Below are positions 31,524 to 41,903 of a DNA stretch of 64,000 nt, one piece after another. The notes under the pieces were generated by a model that saw only the letters and a program-made list of their open reading frames with translations, was not told the origin of the DNA and made no database searches. The position numbers and the translations under genes are program-made. This DNA is from Candidatus Micrarchaeia archaeon. Its GTDB lineage: Archaea > Micrarchaeota > Micrarchaeia > CAILAH01. Within the stretch, counting starts at the first letter, position 1. Every line of letters starts with the position of its first letter. Location of the stretch: positions 33,005 through 97,004 of the forward strand of contig JAVZCB010000005.1 in NCBI GenBank assembly GCA_038874595.1, in the 5' to 3' direction.

Positions 31524-32543
31524 ATGCAAGATAAGCAATTTGAGCTGGGCGGTCAAACGCTCATCGCACTTGCGATTGCGCTTTTAGTTGGGCTAGGAGT
31601 AGGGTATTATATGTACGCCGCGCTTAACCCGCCAGCGCAAAGTAATGCAAACGCTATGTGCAATCTTGGCGCTGTCTCTGGGGAATATAAGCCGGACATG
31701 GCAAAAATAGATGAAATCAGCAAGTTGTTCCAGGATATAATCTACCTGCAGACGGGAAGTGAGCACAATGTAAACTATGTCAGCTATAAGGTAGATGGGG
31801 ACCTTGTTGCCCTGGATTTCACTGTTGACGGCACATTCCCACAGACACTATACGCAACAAAAGACTTGAAGTATCTCCTTCAGCAGCCGACAGATGTAAG
31901 CGTTCTGAAAGCGCAGGTTGATTCCGCAAAAAGGCAGGCCGAGGCCGAGCTTGAGGCCGCAAAACAGCCGCCACAGAAGAGTGATAAGCCTGTTGTGAAG
32001 CTGTTCGTGATGAGCTTCTGCCCGTACGGTAATGTCGCAGAGAACGCCTTTGTTGATGTGGTTACCCTGCTTGAAAACAAGATTGATTTTGAGCCGGTTT
32101 ACATCATTTCAGGCTCAAACGGGGCGTATAACTCGCTTCACGGCCAGGCGGAGCTGAACCAAGATATAAGGGAGAAGATTATTTTTGAGATGTACGGTGC
32201 CAAGAAATGGATGGAGTTCACGTATGATGTGAACCAGAACTGCACACTCCAGAACGTTGACTCCTGCTGGAAAGACGTCGCAGCGAGGCATAATGTTGAT
32301 GCAAAGGCTGTTGAAGAGGAGTACACAAAGAGCTTCAACAGAATTGCTGACGAAGAAGTTGCAAAAACCAACCAGTACGCTGTCACCGGCTCGCCAACAA
32401 TTATCGTAAACGGCAAGATGTACAATGGGCCAAGAAGTTCTGAGGCGTTCAAGCAGTTTATATGCTCTGCATTCAGCACCGCACCCGAGGAATGCAGCAA
32501 AACGCTTTCAACACAGCAGGGCGTATCAACAGGCAGCTGCTGA
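31524..32543 (+). CDS. Membrane-anchored thioredoxin-fold (DsbA/GILT-like) protein
   Basis: N-terminal transmembrane helix; FVMSFCPYG, SLHG..E, VTGSPTIIVNG and ICSAF...PEEC motifs. Confidence 0.8.
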   Translation: MQDKQFELGGQTLIALAIALLVGLGVGYYMYAALNPPAQSNANAMCNLGAVSGEYKPDMAKIDEISKLFQDIIYLQTGSEHNVNYVSYKVDGDLVALDFTVDGTFPQTLYATKDLKYLLQQPTDVSVLKAQVDSAKRQAEAELEAAKQPPQKSDKPVVKLFVMSFCPYGNVAENAFVDVVTLLENKIDFEPVYIISGSNGAYNSLHGQAELNQDIREKIIFEMYGAKKWMEFTYDVNQNCTLQNVDSCWKDVAARHNVDAKAVEEEYTKSFNRIADEEVAKTNQYAVTGSPTIIVNGKMYNGPRSSEAFKQFICSAFSTAPEECSKTLSTQQGVSTGSC

Positions 32544-32609
32544 TTTTTTTATTTATTTTCCTTTAATTTTTAGCAGGGTTTTTAATGGTTGGGTGGCCTA
32601 ATTTTTGCA

Positions 32610-33854
32610 ATGAGGTTTTACCTTGAGACGTATGGGTGCACGCTGAACCAGCACGATTCCGCTTTGATGAGAGAGCTACTCCTGAAAAATGGGATGGAAG
32701 AAAGCGATGAAGAAAGTGCGGATGTTGTAATAATCAATACCTGCGGGGTAAAGGATGCAACGGAAAAGAGGATCATTGAAAGGCTGAAGGGTATAGGAAA
32801 ACCGCTCGTTGTTGGGGGATGCATTGCAGCTGCGGATGAGCGGTTGGTCAGGAGGTTTGCGCCACGTGCCACTATTATAGGAACGCGAAGCATACAAAAA
32901 ATATGTGATGCCGTTAATGATGCAATGCGCTGGGGATGCGGTAGGTACTGCGAGCCTGGGGATAAGTTTGCACTCACATATACGTTTGGCGCGCCCATTG
33001 CAAGCATTGCCGTTTCTGATGGGTGCACAAGCGCGTGCACATATTGCTTTACAAAGCTTGCAAGGCCGGGGCTGAGGAGCATGCGGCCGGGAGAAATAGT
33101 TAGGAGGATTAGGCTTGCGGGAGAAGCCGGCGTGAAGGAGCTGCGCCTAACATCGCAGGATATGGGCGCATACGGCCTGGATATTGGCACTTCGCTCACA
33201 CGATTGCTCAAGCAGATTGCCGAGATTGATAATCTTAATCTCAAAATACGTATTGGAATGATTAACCCAAAGCACCTGAAAGAGCAGATGGAAATCATTG
33301 ATATAATAATGGAAAATAGCTGCTTCTACAAGTTCTTCCATGTGCCTGCACAGAGCGGGTCGGATAATGTGCTTAAGCTTATGAGAAGGGAAAACACTGT
33401 TGATGAATACCTTGAAATAATAAGAGAAATACGGAGGGACAGGTTTGCAAATGTGATGAATGATATTATTGTAGGGTTCCCTGGCGAAAGTGATGAGGAT
33501 TTTGAAATGAGCATTGAGCTGGCAAAAAAGGTGCAGGCGGATACAACAAACGTGTCAAAATTCAGTGCACGGCCAGGTACTGAGGCCTCACGGATGAAAC
33601 AAATAGATAGAAGGAAAATAAAAAATAGAAGCAGTATAATGAGCACGCTTTGTGACCTGATATCACTTGAGAGAAACAGGGTATGGGTCGGGAAAGAGTG
33701 TGATGTGGTATTGCTTGAGAAAATAAAAGGGACTGTTGGAAGGAATAGCTATTACAAGCAGGTTGTTACGGAAGGTAAAATTGGAGATACTATAAGGTGT
33801 AGGATTACATCCGCTGGCGCTGCTTACATTAAAGGGGAGGCAATAAACAAATAA
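32610..33854 (+). CDS. MiaB-like radical SAM tRNA methylthiotransferase (archaeal MtaB-type)
   Basis: ETYGCTLN, NTCGVK, GC and CTSACTYC motifs; C-terminal TRAM-like domain. Confidence 0.92.
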   Translation: MRFYLETYGCTLNQHDSALMRELLLKNGMEESDEESADVVIINTCGVKDATEKRIIERLKGIGKPLVVGGCIAAADERLVRRFAPRATIIGTRSIQKICDAVNDAMRWGCGRYCEPGDKFALTYTFGAPIASIAVSDGCTSACTYCFTKLARPGLRSMRPGEIVRRIRLAGEAGVKELRLTSQDMGAYGLDIGTSLTRLLKQIAEIDNLNLKIRIGMINPKHLKEQMEIIDIIMENSCFYKFFHVPAQSGSDNVLKLMRRENTVDEYLEIIREIRRDRFANVMNDIIVGFPGESDEDFEMSIELAKKVQADTTNVSKFSARPGTEASRMKQIDRRKIKNRSSIMSTLCDLISLERNRVWVGKECDVVLLEKIKGTVGRNSYYKQVVTEGKIGDTIRCRITSAGAAYIKGEAINK

Positions 33855-33874
33855 GAAAATAGGATAAGCCAACA

Positions 33875-35080
33875 CTAATACTTGTCTACCTGTGATGTTA
33901 CGAAGTCTATATCTGCTATTTTTACTTCGTGTGCCTTGCCATTTGCTGAAATGACATTAAATGCGTGGCCAACGCTGTAAACGCCTTCCTCTGCTTTATT
34001 GCCATTCACCGTTACTGTCACATAAACTGATGTGTTCGGTGCCGAGCCAATAAATGCGGTACCGAGCTCAACCACAATATCTTTATCTACTCCCTGCTTT
34101 GAGTTTTCACCTACCACAACCTGGCGCCCGTCAACCTGCATGGTTATCTTGACAGCTGTCCTGGTGCACAAATCAGACGGTGCGCCCGCTGACTGGTAAA
34201 GGTCATTCCCAAACTCAACAGGAACGATGGCGAGCTCTTCCGAGCCGATTTTAACAGTATATCCATTCTTACCTATTCTGACGTCTTCTTTTGTTATCGT
34301 GTACTCTGGCGCAACGATTTTAAGGTCTGCGACAAGCACGTTACCTTCAACATCCCACGGCTCAATGCCCTTTGACTTGAGCTCAACCTTGAATTGGCCT
34401 ACCTCGAGATTGTACGTGCCGCTCTCACCAAGGATTGCGCGCTTTTTATCGCCGCCGGCACTTACGGAAACGAGCGCCCTGCTCGTGAAATAGAGCTTAT
34501 CAGTTGCCTGGTCAACGAGCTTTACGCCTGTGCCGTTCACAACCTCGCTCTTACCGCGGGGTATGACGATAACATCGCCAGTATCGCTTGTAAGTATAAG
34601 GTCGCCACTGTTTGCTGACAGGGATGTGGTGTATTCCTTGTTTCCAATCTTGACCTTACTGCCTGCCTCAACAACCTCCTGTGTACCGCCGATGCTAAGC
34701 TTCAATAGCACACGGGACTCGTTTGGAGATTTGCATACTGGGCCAGTATCCTGCACAGCATCTAATGATGTATCAGATGCATCTTGACTTACCGTTGCAT
34801 CTTCGTATGAAGCATCAATCCCCGGAAGCCCGTGGTCGCGCACAGTGCCAGCATCAACTTGCTGCACCTGGCCGGTATCTTCCTGGACCTGCCAATTGGA
34901 CAAATCTGTCTCACCCTCACAACCACTGTGCAAAACGGATGTGCCAAGCATCATTAAACCTACTGCTGCAACCTTTACTTTCTTGAAGGCGCTAACTTTT
35001 TTCTTCATGTGTTGCTGGTTGTACTCTGACTTCTGCTGGTTTTGCATAGTATCAGCGGATTTCTTCTCCATAATAATCAT
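33875..35080 (-). CDS. Putative lipoprotein with long basic leader and Asp-rich linker
   Basis: Lys/Gln-rich N-terminus, hydrophobic stretch ending in SGC, DTG/DAG/DAS-rich linker and beta-rich C-terminal part. Confidence 0.7.
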   Translation of the reverse strand: MIIMEKKSADTMQNQQKSEYNQQHMKKKVSAFKKVKVAAVGLMMLGTSVLHSGCEGETDLSNWQVQEDTGQVQQVDAGTVRDHGLPGIDASYEDATVSQDASDTSLDAVQDTGPVCKSPNESRVLLKLSIGGTQEVVEAGSKVKIGNKEYTTSLSANSGDLILTSDTGDVIVIPRGKSEVVNGTGVKLVDQATDKLYFTSRALVSVSAGGDKKRAILGESGTYNLEVGQFKVELKSKGIEPWDVEGNVLVADLKIVAPEYTITKEDVRIGKNGYTVKIGSEELAIVPVEFGNDLYQSAGAPSDLCTRTAVKITMQVDGRQVVVGENSKQGVDKDIVVELGTAFIGSAPNTSVYVTVTVNGNKAEEGVYSVGHAFNVISANGKAHEVKIADIDFVTSQVDKY

Positions 35081-35200
35081 AACCTCCTTCGTTGTTAGGA
35101 AATGCAGAGGTTTATAAACGTTTCCATATGGCAGGCAAATGCACGTGGGGGCGTACTGCTAGCTTGCATAACTTATAAGATTTCAAGATATAAACTGCTC

Positions 35201-36178
35201 ATGGACGAGGCAAGATACGTCCCCTGGACGGAAAAATACAGGCCTGCAAAGGTAAGTGAGATTGTTGGGCAGGCAGAGATAGTTGAACGGCTCGGGGCGT
35301 ATGTGCGCGAGAAAAATATGCCTAACCTGCTGTTTGCAGGGCCGGCAGGTGTCGGGAAGACCACCGCGGCAATTGCGCTTGCGCGCGAGCTTTACGGTGA
35401 AGGTTACAAGGAAAGTTTCCTTGAGCTTAATGCGAGTGATGAGCGCGGGATAGATGTGGTTAGAGGCAAAATCAAAGATTTTGCAAGGTCTGTTCCGATC
35501 GCGGATGTCCCATTCAAAATAATATTCCTTGATGAGGCAGATGCACTCACACCTGATGCGCAGAACGCGCTCAGGAGGACTATGGAGATGTACGCTGGTG
35601 CAACTAGGTTTATACTCTCTTGCAACTATTCATCAAAGATAATTGAGCCTATACAAAGCAGGTGTGCCATGTTCAGGTTTACCCAGCTGAAAAACGAGGA
35701 TATCGAGAAAATGATTCATCACATTTCAAAATCTGAGGGAATATCCCTTACAAAAGAGGCTGTGGATGCGCTTGTTGAAGTTGGGGAAGGGGATATGAGA
35801 AAGACCATTAACCTGTTGCAGAGCGCGTCTCTCCATTCAAAGAAGATTACTGAGAAGCAGGTTTACGGGCTTGCCGCAAAGGCAAAACCAAAAGAAATAT
35901 CCGAAATAATTGAGAAAGCATATAATGGTGAGTTCAGCGAGGCAAGAAAGATGCTTGAAAAGGTAATGATAAATTATGGGATGAGCGGGCAAGATGTGCT
36001 TGACCAGATATATTCAGAAGTTGTAAAAATGAATATTCCTGATACTGCAAAGGTAAGGCTTGTCGACAGGATAGGAGAGTACAACTTCAGGCTGTCTGAA
36101 GGTGCAGATGAGAGGATACAGATTACTGCATTGCTCGCCCAGATCTCGCTTGAAGGCCGTATGAAAGGAGGGGTTTAG
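35201..36178 (+). CDS. rfcS: Replication factor C small subunit
   Basis: PWTEKYRP, GPAGVGKT, ELNASDERG, DEAD and SRC motifs; start at ATG 35201; no intein. Confidence 0.97.
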   Translation: MDEARYVPWTEKYRPAKVSEIVGQAEIVERLGAYVREKNMPNLLFAGPAGVGKTTAAIALARELYGEGYKESFLELNASDERGIDVVRGKIKDFARSVPIADVPFKIIFLDEADALTPDAQNALRRTMEMYAGATRFILSCNYSSKIIEPIQSRCAMFRFTQLKNEDIEKMIHHISKSEGISLTKEAVDALVEVGEGDMRKTINLLQSASLHSKKITEKQVYGLAAKAKPKEISEIIEKAYNGEFSEARKMLEKVMINYGMSGQDVLDQIYSEVVKMNIPDTAKVRLVDRIGEYNFRLSEGADERIQITALLAQISLEGRMKGGV

Positions 36179-36739
36179 ATGGATAAGATGTTTTTGCTTA
36201 CTATCATTGCTCTTGTTGGTGTTGCGATACTGACAAGTGGGTGTATAAAGCCGCAAGACGGTTCTGACACGATGACCTTTGAGAAATCCATATTGGACGA
36301 TGCGAGGGCAAGATACCCTGGCGCGGACATAATCGAAATAGAAGGCAGCGAAGAAATTAGCGGTATTAAGGTTACAAATGTGCGCGTCACATTCGCTTCC
36401 GATACAATTTGCCCGTCACGGCTCAGGCTCAGGTATAAGCAGCCGTTCGGGTATGAGACGGGCGTGCCTATATATATCGTAAAAGACTGCCGTGTCACGT
36501 GCACAGAAAACTGCATAATCACAGGGCCTGAAGAGGCAATCATAGCTGCGCACACACTGCCCGAATCAGAGCAGGTAAATGAATTCATTGGAGATGGTAC
36601 CGGTATTAAAGCGCATGCGAAATTTTCTGATGATGTGTGGACAGTAACGTTCAATAGGGCAAGAGATGGTGCAATAATGGAGGTTGCGCTTACAGCAAAG
36701 AACCCACGTATATTAAAAGCTCAGCTCCTTGAGAAATAG
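36179..36739 (+). CDS. Putative lipoprotein
   Basis: Signal peptide ending in LTSGC (lipobox-like); further paired cysteines. Confidence 0.75.
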   Translation: MDKMFLLTIIALVGVAILTSGCIKPQDGSDTMTFEKSILDDARARYPGADIIEIEGSEEISGIKVTNVRVTFASDTICPSRLRLRYKQPFGYETGVPIYIVKDCRVTCTENCIITGPEEAIIAAHTLPESEQVNEFIGDGTGIKAHAKFSDDVWTVTFNRARDGAIMEVALTAKNPRILKAQLLEK

Positions 36740-36775
36740 GGCTAAGAGCATTTGCAGTTAAGCACACACTAAACG

Positions 36776-38731
36776 TTACTGCCAGGGCTTCTTCCTAAAT
36801 AGCTGCTTTACCCCAAGCACAAGCAGTGCTATAATCAAAATAACAAACAGCACTGTTGCCACGCTCACAAGCGTTAGGTAGTTTGTATCCTCTGCACTTT
36901 TTGTCTCTGATTTGAGCTTAGCCAGCGCCTCATCAGCATACTGCTTTGCAAGGGCTGGGTCATCATAAAGCATCTTACGCGCCCTCAGTATCAGCTCCTC
37001 CGCGTCCGTTGTGTTGACTGATGAAGATATTGAAGAGTTCCTTATTGAATTGAGCAAAGCATCCGCTTCTGTAATGCTGGTATTGGCCGCATAAAACGCA
37101 GCTTTCTTTTTCTGGAGTTGTGATTGTGCATCGTTGAGCTTCTCAAGCAGCTCAGTAAGCTTTGCATACGCTGTATCAAGCTCAAAATTATCGATATCGC
37201 TCCCCACCGTGCCAAGCAGATATTCGATGCGCTCGGTATCTGCTGGTACCTTAAACCTTATGAGGTCCTCTTTAATTGAGGAATAGAGTGCATCCGCATT
37301 CTCAAGCTGTTCCTTGTAATTTTCTATGCGCTTGTTTTCAACCTCCTGTCCAATACCCTGCACCTTAGAAAGTGATGCATACCTAACTTCAAGCTCCTTT
37401 AGTAGGATGTTTGCATTCACATAATCCTCATTTTCAATATACCTGTTAACCTTCTTTATATCCAGAAGTATCTTGTTTGCCGCATACTGCAACGAGCCGG
37501 ATAAGTTCTTTGAGAGGGCAGTTGTACTATCAAACAAGTCTGCACTGCGGTTTTTCAAACGCTCCGAAACGAGAGGGCCTGCAAAAGATAAGTCACCATC
37601 GAGCTGCGGCTCAATCCCTTTCAATGTTGAGTATGCTTCATCATACTTGCCTTTGCTTATTAAATCTGATGCATTGCCTAAGTGCTTATTATAGAAACTG
37701 CACCTGTCTATAACCTGTAAGTTAAGACTGTTTGCAACTGCAAATATATCACATACCTTGTTTACTTTTGAATATATCCCGTCATATATTGGTGTTACGT
37801 CCTCAGGCCCGAGCAAGCTTGTTTTATTAAGGAAAAATACCAATAGCGAGTTATTCTTATAATCTGTTACATAAAGTAAACCGTTTGAGGTTGATATCCC
37901 GGAAACCTGGCCGAATTTGTAAGATGGAGCCCCAATCGAGTACAAAATGCGCCCATCTTCGCGCAGCAACACCTCTATTGATACCCTGTCCCCTTGTACA
38001 ACATAAATGTAATCATCATCAACTGCAATCTCTTGCGGCCTTGAAAGTGTGCTAGTGCTTCCGCGCCCATAGGATTTTAAGTATGTTGATTCATCAGCGA
38101 ACACCGCTATGCGGTTGTTATACGTATCCGCTATGTACAGCGTGCCGTTGTATACACACATCCCTCTTGGGGAATTGAATATTGCATCACCAATGCCAAG
38201 ATATGTCCAGCTTATGCTGCTTCTGTAAGAATACTTGTTTGCTTCATATTCCTTAAGCACGTTCACCTGCCCTTTCTCGCTGTCAAGAACATATATAGTA
38301 TTTTCAAAGGCAGCTATTGCAGCCGGCCCTGCGGGCTTATAGGATTCGCTGTCTCCCCTGAACTTGAGCTCACCGGTCCCCTTGTCAAACTTGAACACGC
38401 GGCCTCCCCTATCAAGCACATATACATAATTTTTATCAGCCCATGCGCTGACAACTGCTGCCATATAATCCTGCTCACCGGGTGTATCAGAGCCGTATAC
38501 CTTGCTAACGCGCAGCTTACCCGTCGGGTCAATGTAATACTTTGTTAGGAGACGGTAGTTGTCATACCATATGTAAAGGTATGGTCCGTCAGCAAACACT
38601 CCTGATACGTGCAGGTCCTCACGCAAAGTATACTTATCTTTGAGCTCAAATCTTGCAGCCCATACCATTGTTGACAACAAAAGCAACAAGGATATGGATA
38701 ATACTGTAAAGCCCATTCTTGAATTTGCCAT
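36776..38731 (-). CDS. Surface-anchored NHL-repeat beta-propeller protein with helical stalk
   Basis: Signal peptide; FNSPRGMCV...LYIADTYNNRI NHL repeats; helical region; C-terminal transmembrane helix and RKK. Confidence 0.88.
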   Translation of the reverse strand: MANSRMGFTVLSISLLLLLSTMVWAARFELKDKYTLREDLHVSGVFADGPYLYIWYDNYRLLTKYYIDPTGKLRVSKVYGSDTPGEQDYMAAVVSAWADKNYVYVLDRGGRVFKFDKGTGELKFRGDSESYKPAGPAAIAAFENTIYVLDSEKGQVNVLKEYEANKYSYRSSISWTYLGIGDAIFNSPRGMCVYNGTLYIADTYNNRIAVFADESTYLKSYGRGSTSTLSRPQEIAVDDDYIYVVQGDRVSIEVLLREDGRILYSIGAPSYKFGQVSGISTSNGLLYVTDYKNNSLLVFFLNKTSLLGPEDVTPIYDGIYSKVNKVCDIFAVANSLNLQVIDRCSFYNKHLGNASDLISKGKYDEAYSTLKGIEPQLDGDLSFAGPLVSERLKNRSADLFDSTTALSKNLSGSLQYAANKILLDIKKVNRYIENEDYVNANILLKELEVRYASLSKVQGIGQEVENKRIENYKEQLENADALYSSIKEDLIRFKVPADTERIEYLLGTVGSDIDNFELDTAYAKLTELLEKLNDAQSQLQKKKAAFYAANTSITEADALLNSIRNSSISSSVNTTDAEELILRARKMLYDDPALAKQYADEALAKLKSETKSAEDTNYLTLVSVATVLFVILIIALLVLGVKQLFRKKPWQ

Positions 38732-38752
38732 AACATCACATCATATCATAAG

Positions 38753-40519
38753 CTATCCTAACCGCTGCCTTGTTATCCTGAGTATGTGCATCAGCAGGGA
38801 AATTTCGTTTTCTGAGAGCACATTATTATACTTTTCTAAGTAGAGGTCGGCATCCTTTTTTGGAACATATGTGTATAATGTCTTGCCATATACAACCTCT
38901 TTCCCAAAAGTAATCCCATCAATTGAGATTGCAACCTCTGCACCCGCTGTGGCCTCATCAAGCGAGGCCTTATCCTCCTGTATAGATTTTATCTTGCCCA
39001 ATAAGTTGCCGTTCTCATCTATAACGCCAACATCCGGCCGTATCTTCCCGACCATCACTTTGACACCAAACACTGCCGGCTTGCTTGTCCTGAAACAGCA
39101 GCCTGGGATTACGTGCATCTGTGCAACTGGCTGGAGCTTATCAATCACATTGCGCTTCTCCTCCGCCTCAACCTCTTCTTTCCATTTAGAAAATTCTTCT
39201 ATAAGCCGGTAGATTACTCCCTCCTCAAAAATCTTAACCTTGCACTCGCGAGCATACTGCTCAACATCACGCGGTACCTTAACATTGAATGCCAGTATTG
39301 CCCTATCAATTTTCCTTTGAATGCTGACTGCTGCACAATCCGCCACATCCTTGCGTGAGACTGCACCTATCCCCACACTGCGCACTTTTATGCGTGCCCC
39401 CGAGAGCAGGCGGATTGCAGCTTCAAGCGAGCCTAACGTATCTGCCCGGACAGTAACACCCTCACCTTCACTGAAAGAAAGGACTGAAGTAACCTCTTTC
39501 CGTAACTCATCAATCGCAGAATCATCACTGCCCTTAACTACAATAAGCGTTGAGCCCGGTATTGCACCTTCAATGTCGGGAGCCGCAATCTTAATCCCGG
39601 CGGCAGCACTTACAACACATACGCTTGAGAATTTATCTTTCGGGTCGCGCATCTCATCAAGCGGTTTTGGCCGGAGCATTGCACGGATATGCGTAACCTT
39701 ATGTCCATCCAGTGTTGCAAACGCGATGTAGTCATTCACACGTATCGTCCCGTCATAAAGGATTGCATCAAGCGTCTTGCCAAGGCCGGGCACTTCCTTG
39801 ACTTCTATTATGCTCGCGCGCCCAGGCGATGCCTGGTCTATATGCAACCGGTTCTCAAGGAACTTCTGCGCAAGCCCTGTGAGCATAATCAGTATTTCAG
39901 CTATGCCTTCCTGTGTTTTTGCACTCACCGGCACAATCGCAACTTCTTTTGTGAAATCTGTTACACGGTCAAACCGCTCTGAATTAAAACCAAACTCGGC
40001 AAGCTTTGACACGGTATCATAAATCCGTGAATCAAGGCCGTCCTGCACAGGTTTTTGCTGGCGTGGCAGTGATTCAAGAAAAGAGCTTGTCTTCTGTGGT
40101 TTCCACCCACTAATCAGATCAATCTTGTTGAGTGCCACAATAAAAGGCGTCTTGTACTCCTTTAGTATGTTTATCGCCTCAGCGGTCTGTGGCTGGAACC
40201 CCTGTGACGCGTCAACAACCAGCACTGCAATGTCCGCGATTGAGCCGCCGCGCCTGCGCAAGCTCGTAAACGCCTCGTGCCCGGGCGTATCTATGAAAAG
40301 CAGGCCGGGGATAGTAATCTTAAGCTTCATCGTCTCGATAAGCGTGCCACCAATACTTTTCAGGACATCTGCAGGCACTTCGCTTGCACCGATATGCTGT
40401 GTGATTGCCCCCTTCTCCCTTTTGTGAACACTTGTATTCCTGATAGAGTCCAGCAGCATCGTCTTGCCGTGGTCAACGTGGCCCATTACAACTACAATGG
40501 GTTGCCTGATGAATGCCAT
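38753..40519 (-). CDS. infB: Translation initiation factor aIF5B (IF-2)
   Basis: IRQPIVVVMGHVDHGKT, GAITQHIGA, DTPGHEAF and NKID motifs. Confidence 0.97.
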   Translation of the reverse strand: MAFIRQPIVVVMGHVDHGKTMLLDSIRNTSVHKREKGAITQHIGASEVPADVLKSIGGTLIETMKLKITIPGLLFIDTPGHEAFTSLRRRGGSIADIAVLVVDASQGFQPQTAEAINILKEYKTPFIVALNKIDLISGWKPQKTSSFLESLPRQQKPVQDGLDSRIYDTVSKLAEFGFNSERFDRVTDFTKEVAIVPVSAKTQEGIAEILIMLTGLAQKFLENRLHIDQASPGRASIIEVKEVPGLGKTLDAILYDGTIRVNDYIAFATLDGHKVTHIRAMLRPKPLDEMRDPKDKFSSVCVVSAAAGIKIAAPDIEGAIPGSTLIVVKGSDDSAIDELRKEVTSVLSFSEGEGVTVRADTLGSLEAAIRLLSGARIKVRSVGIGAVSRKDVADCAAVSIQRKIDRAILAFNVKVPRDVEQYARECKVKIFEEGVIYRLIEEFSKWKEEVEAEEKRNVIDKLQPVAQMHVIPGCCFRTSKPAVFGVKVMVGKIRPDVGVIDENGNLLGKIKSIQEDKASLDEATAGAEVAISIDGITFGKEVVYGKTLYTYVPKKDADLYLEKYNNVLSENEISLLMHILRITRQRLG

Positions 40520-40582
40520 ATTTCTCATCGTTGTATTCATTCAAAATACAAAGCTTTTTAATTTTCGGTGAGATGTAATTCT

Positions 40583-41284
40583 GTGAGCGATGAGATTGAA
40601 TTTATAGATGTGGCTCTTCTTGAGAAGATTGATGCTGAGACGACTGTTGAGGGGTTTGGCTCAAAAATCAGCAGTACATTCTTTGAGGCGGCAAACCTGC
40701 TGGGCACCCTAAAAATAAAGGGCCTTATCGAGATACATTCCGCGATTGGGAACAGCCCGGTGCTCCTCACCGAGAAAGGAAAATTGCTGCTGAAAGATTT
40801 TGAGGCCAACGCGGAGGCAGAGATTGGCAAGATTGACCTGGCAGTGCTTGGGAGTGTGCGCGGTGGGCTGCGCGATCCAAAGAAAGTCGAGGCAGCGTTA
40901 AACATCAACGGGAAGGATATCGCATATTCCATATACAGGCTTGCAAAGAAAGGATATCTTGAATACAAAGTTAGGAATGGCAGTGTTGAGCTTGTTCTTA
41001 CAACACGCGGGTTTGAGGAGGAGAATCCGACCGTAAAGGAGCATGCAAACAGGGTAATTGCAAAAACCGAGCTTGCAAGGCCTGTTGTAAAAGCTCCTGG
41101 GGAGGTACGAAACAAGACTGCTGAGGAACTGGCTGCCGAGGAGTTTGTTGTTGAAAGTGGGGATGCTAGAAAGGAGAGTATGGCACTGTCAAAAATGATG
41201 TATTATATTGATAGGTATAAGTGGTATGGTGTGCTTGCACTTATAGCTGCAGCTGCGGTGCTCCTTCTTGTTTTCTGGAAGTGA
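40583..41284 (+). CDS. Hypothetical protein with two winged-helix-like repeats and a C-terminal transmembrane anchor
   Basis: Two repeats of L...G(L/Y)(I/L)E...LT.(K/R)G; hydrophobic C-terminus. Confidence 0.7.
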   Translation: MSDEIEFIDVALLEKIDAETTVEGFGSKISSTFFEAANLLGTLKIKGLIEIHSAIGNSPVLLTEKGKLLLKDFEANAEAEIGKIDLAVLGSVRGGLRDPKKVEAALNINGKDIAYSIYRLAKKGYLEYKVRNGSVELVLTTRGFEEENPTVKEHANRVIAKTELARPVVKAPGEVRNKTAEELAAEEFVVESGDARKESMALSKMMYYIDRYKWYGVLALIAAAAVLLLVFWK

Positions 41285-41288
41285 TGCT

Positions 41289-41903
41289 ATGGGGATGGTT
41301 GATGACCTCGGGCTGTTTTCAAAAGCAGGCATAACACTCCCTAGATATGAATTTGTGCCTATTGGGCATAGGCCTGTGTTATTCAGTGCTGAAAAGTTTG
41401 TAATCAAAGCTGTTGGGAAAAACATTGTACACAAGACAGATATTGGTGCAATAAAAATGAACGTGGATAAGGAGAGTGTTGAGCTTGAGATTAGGCGGAT
41501 GCGCAACAAGCTTGAAAAGCTCAGGCCAGAGGGGTTTCTGATACAGGAGCAGGTGCCAAAAGGTATTGAGGTTATAATTGGTGCAAAGCGGGATTTGCAG
41601 TTCGGTGATGTTGTGCTGTTTGGAGTTGGTGGGGTTTATGTTGAGTTATATAAGGACGTGTCTGTAAGGCTATGCCCCGTATCTGACACGGATGCACTTG
41701 AGATGATTAATGAGACAAAAGCAGGGCACTTGCTTGAAGGGTTCCGGGGAAGGCCGTCGATTGATAAGTGTATGGTTGCTGGTATAATAAAGAAGGTGTG
41801 CGCGGTGATGCACCGCAACCCGGACATAAAGGAGATTGACCTGAACCCGGTCGTGCTTTACCCGACCAGCTACTCTGCCGTCGATGTGAGAGTGATAAGA
41901 TGA
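41289..41903 (+). CDS. acdB: Acetate-CoA ligase (ADP-forming), beta (ATP-grasp) subunit
   Basis: HKTDIGA, EVIIGAKRD.QFG.VVLFG.GG and EIDLNPV motifs. Confidence 0.92.
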   Translation: MGMVDDLGLFSKAGITLPRYEFVPIGHRPVLFSAEKFVIKAVGKNIVHKTDIGAIKMNVDKESVELEIRRMRNKLEKLRPEGFLIQEQVPKGIEVIIGAKRDLQFGDVVLFGVGGVYVELYKDVSVRLCPVSDTDALEMINETKAGHLLEGFRGRPSIDKCMVAGIIKKVCAVMHRNPDIKEIDLNPVVLYPTSYSAVDVRVIR

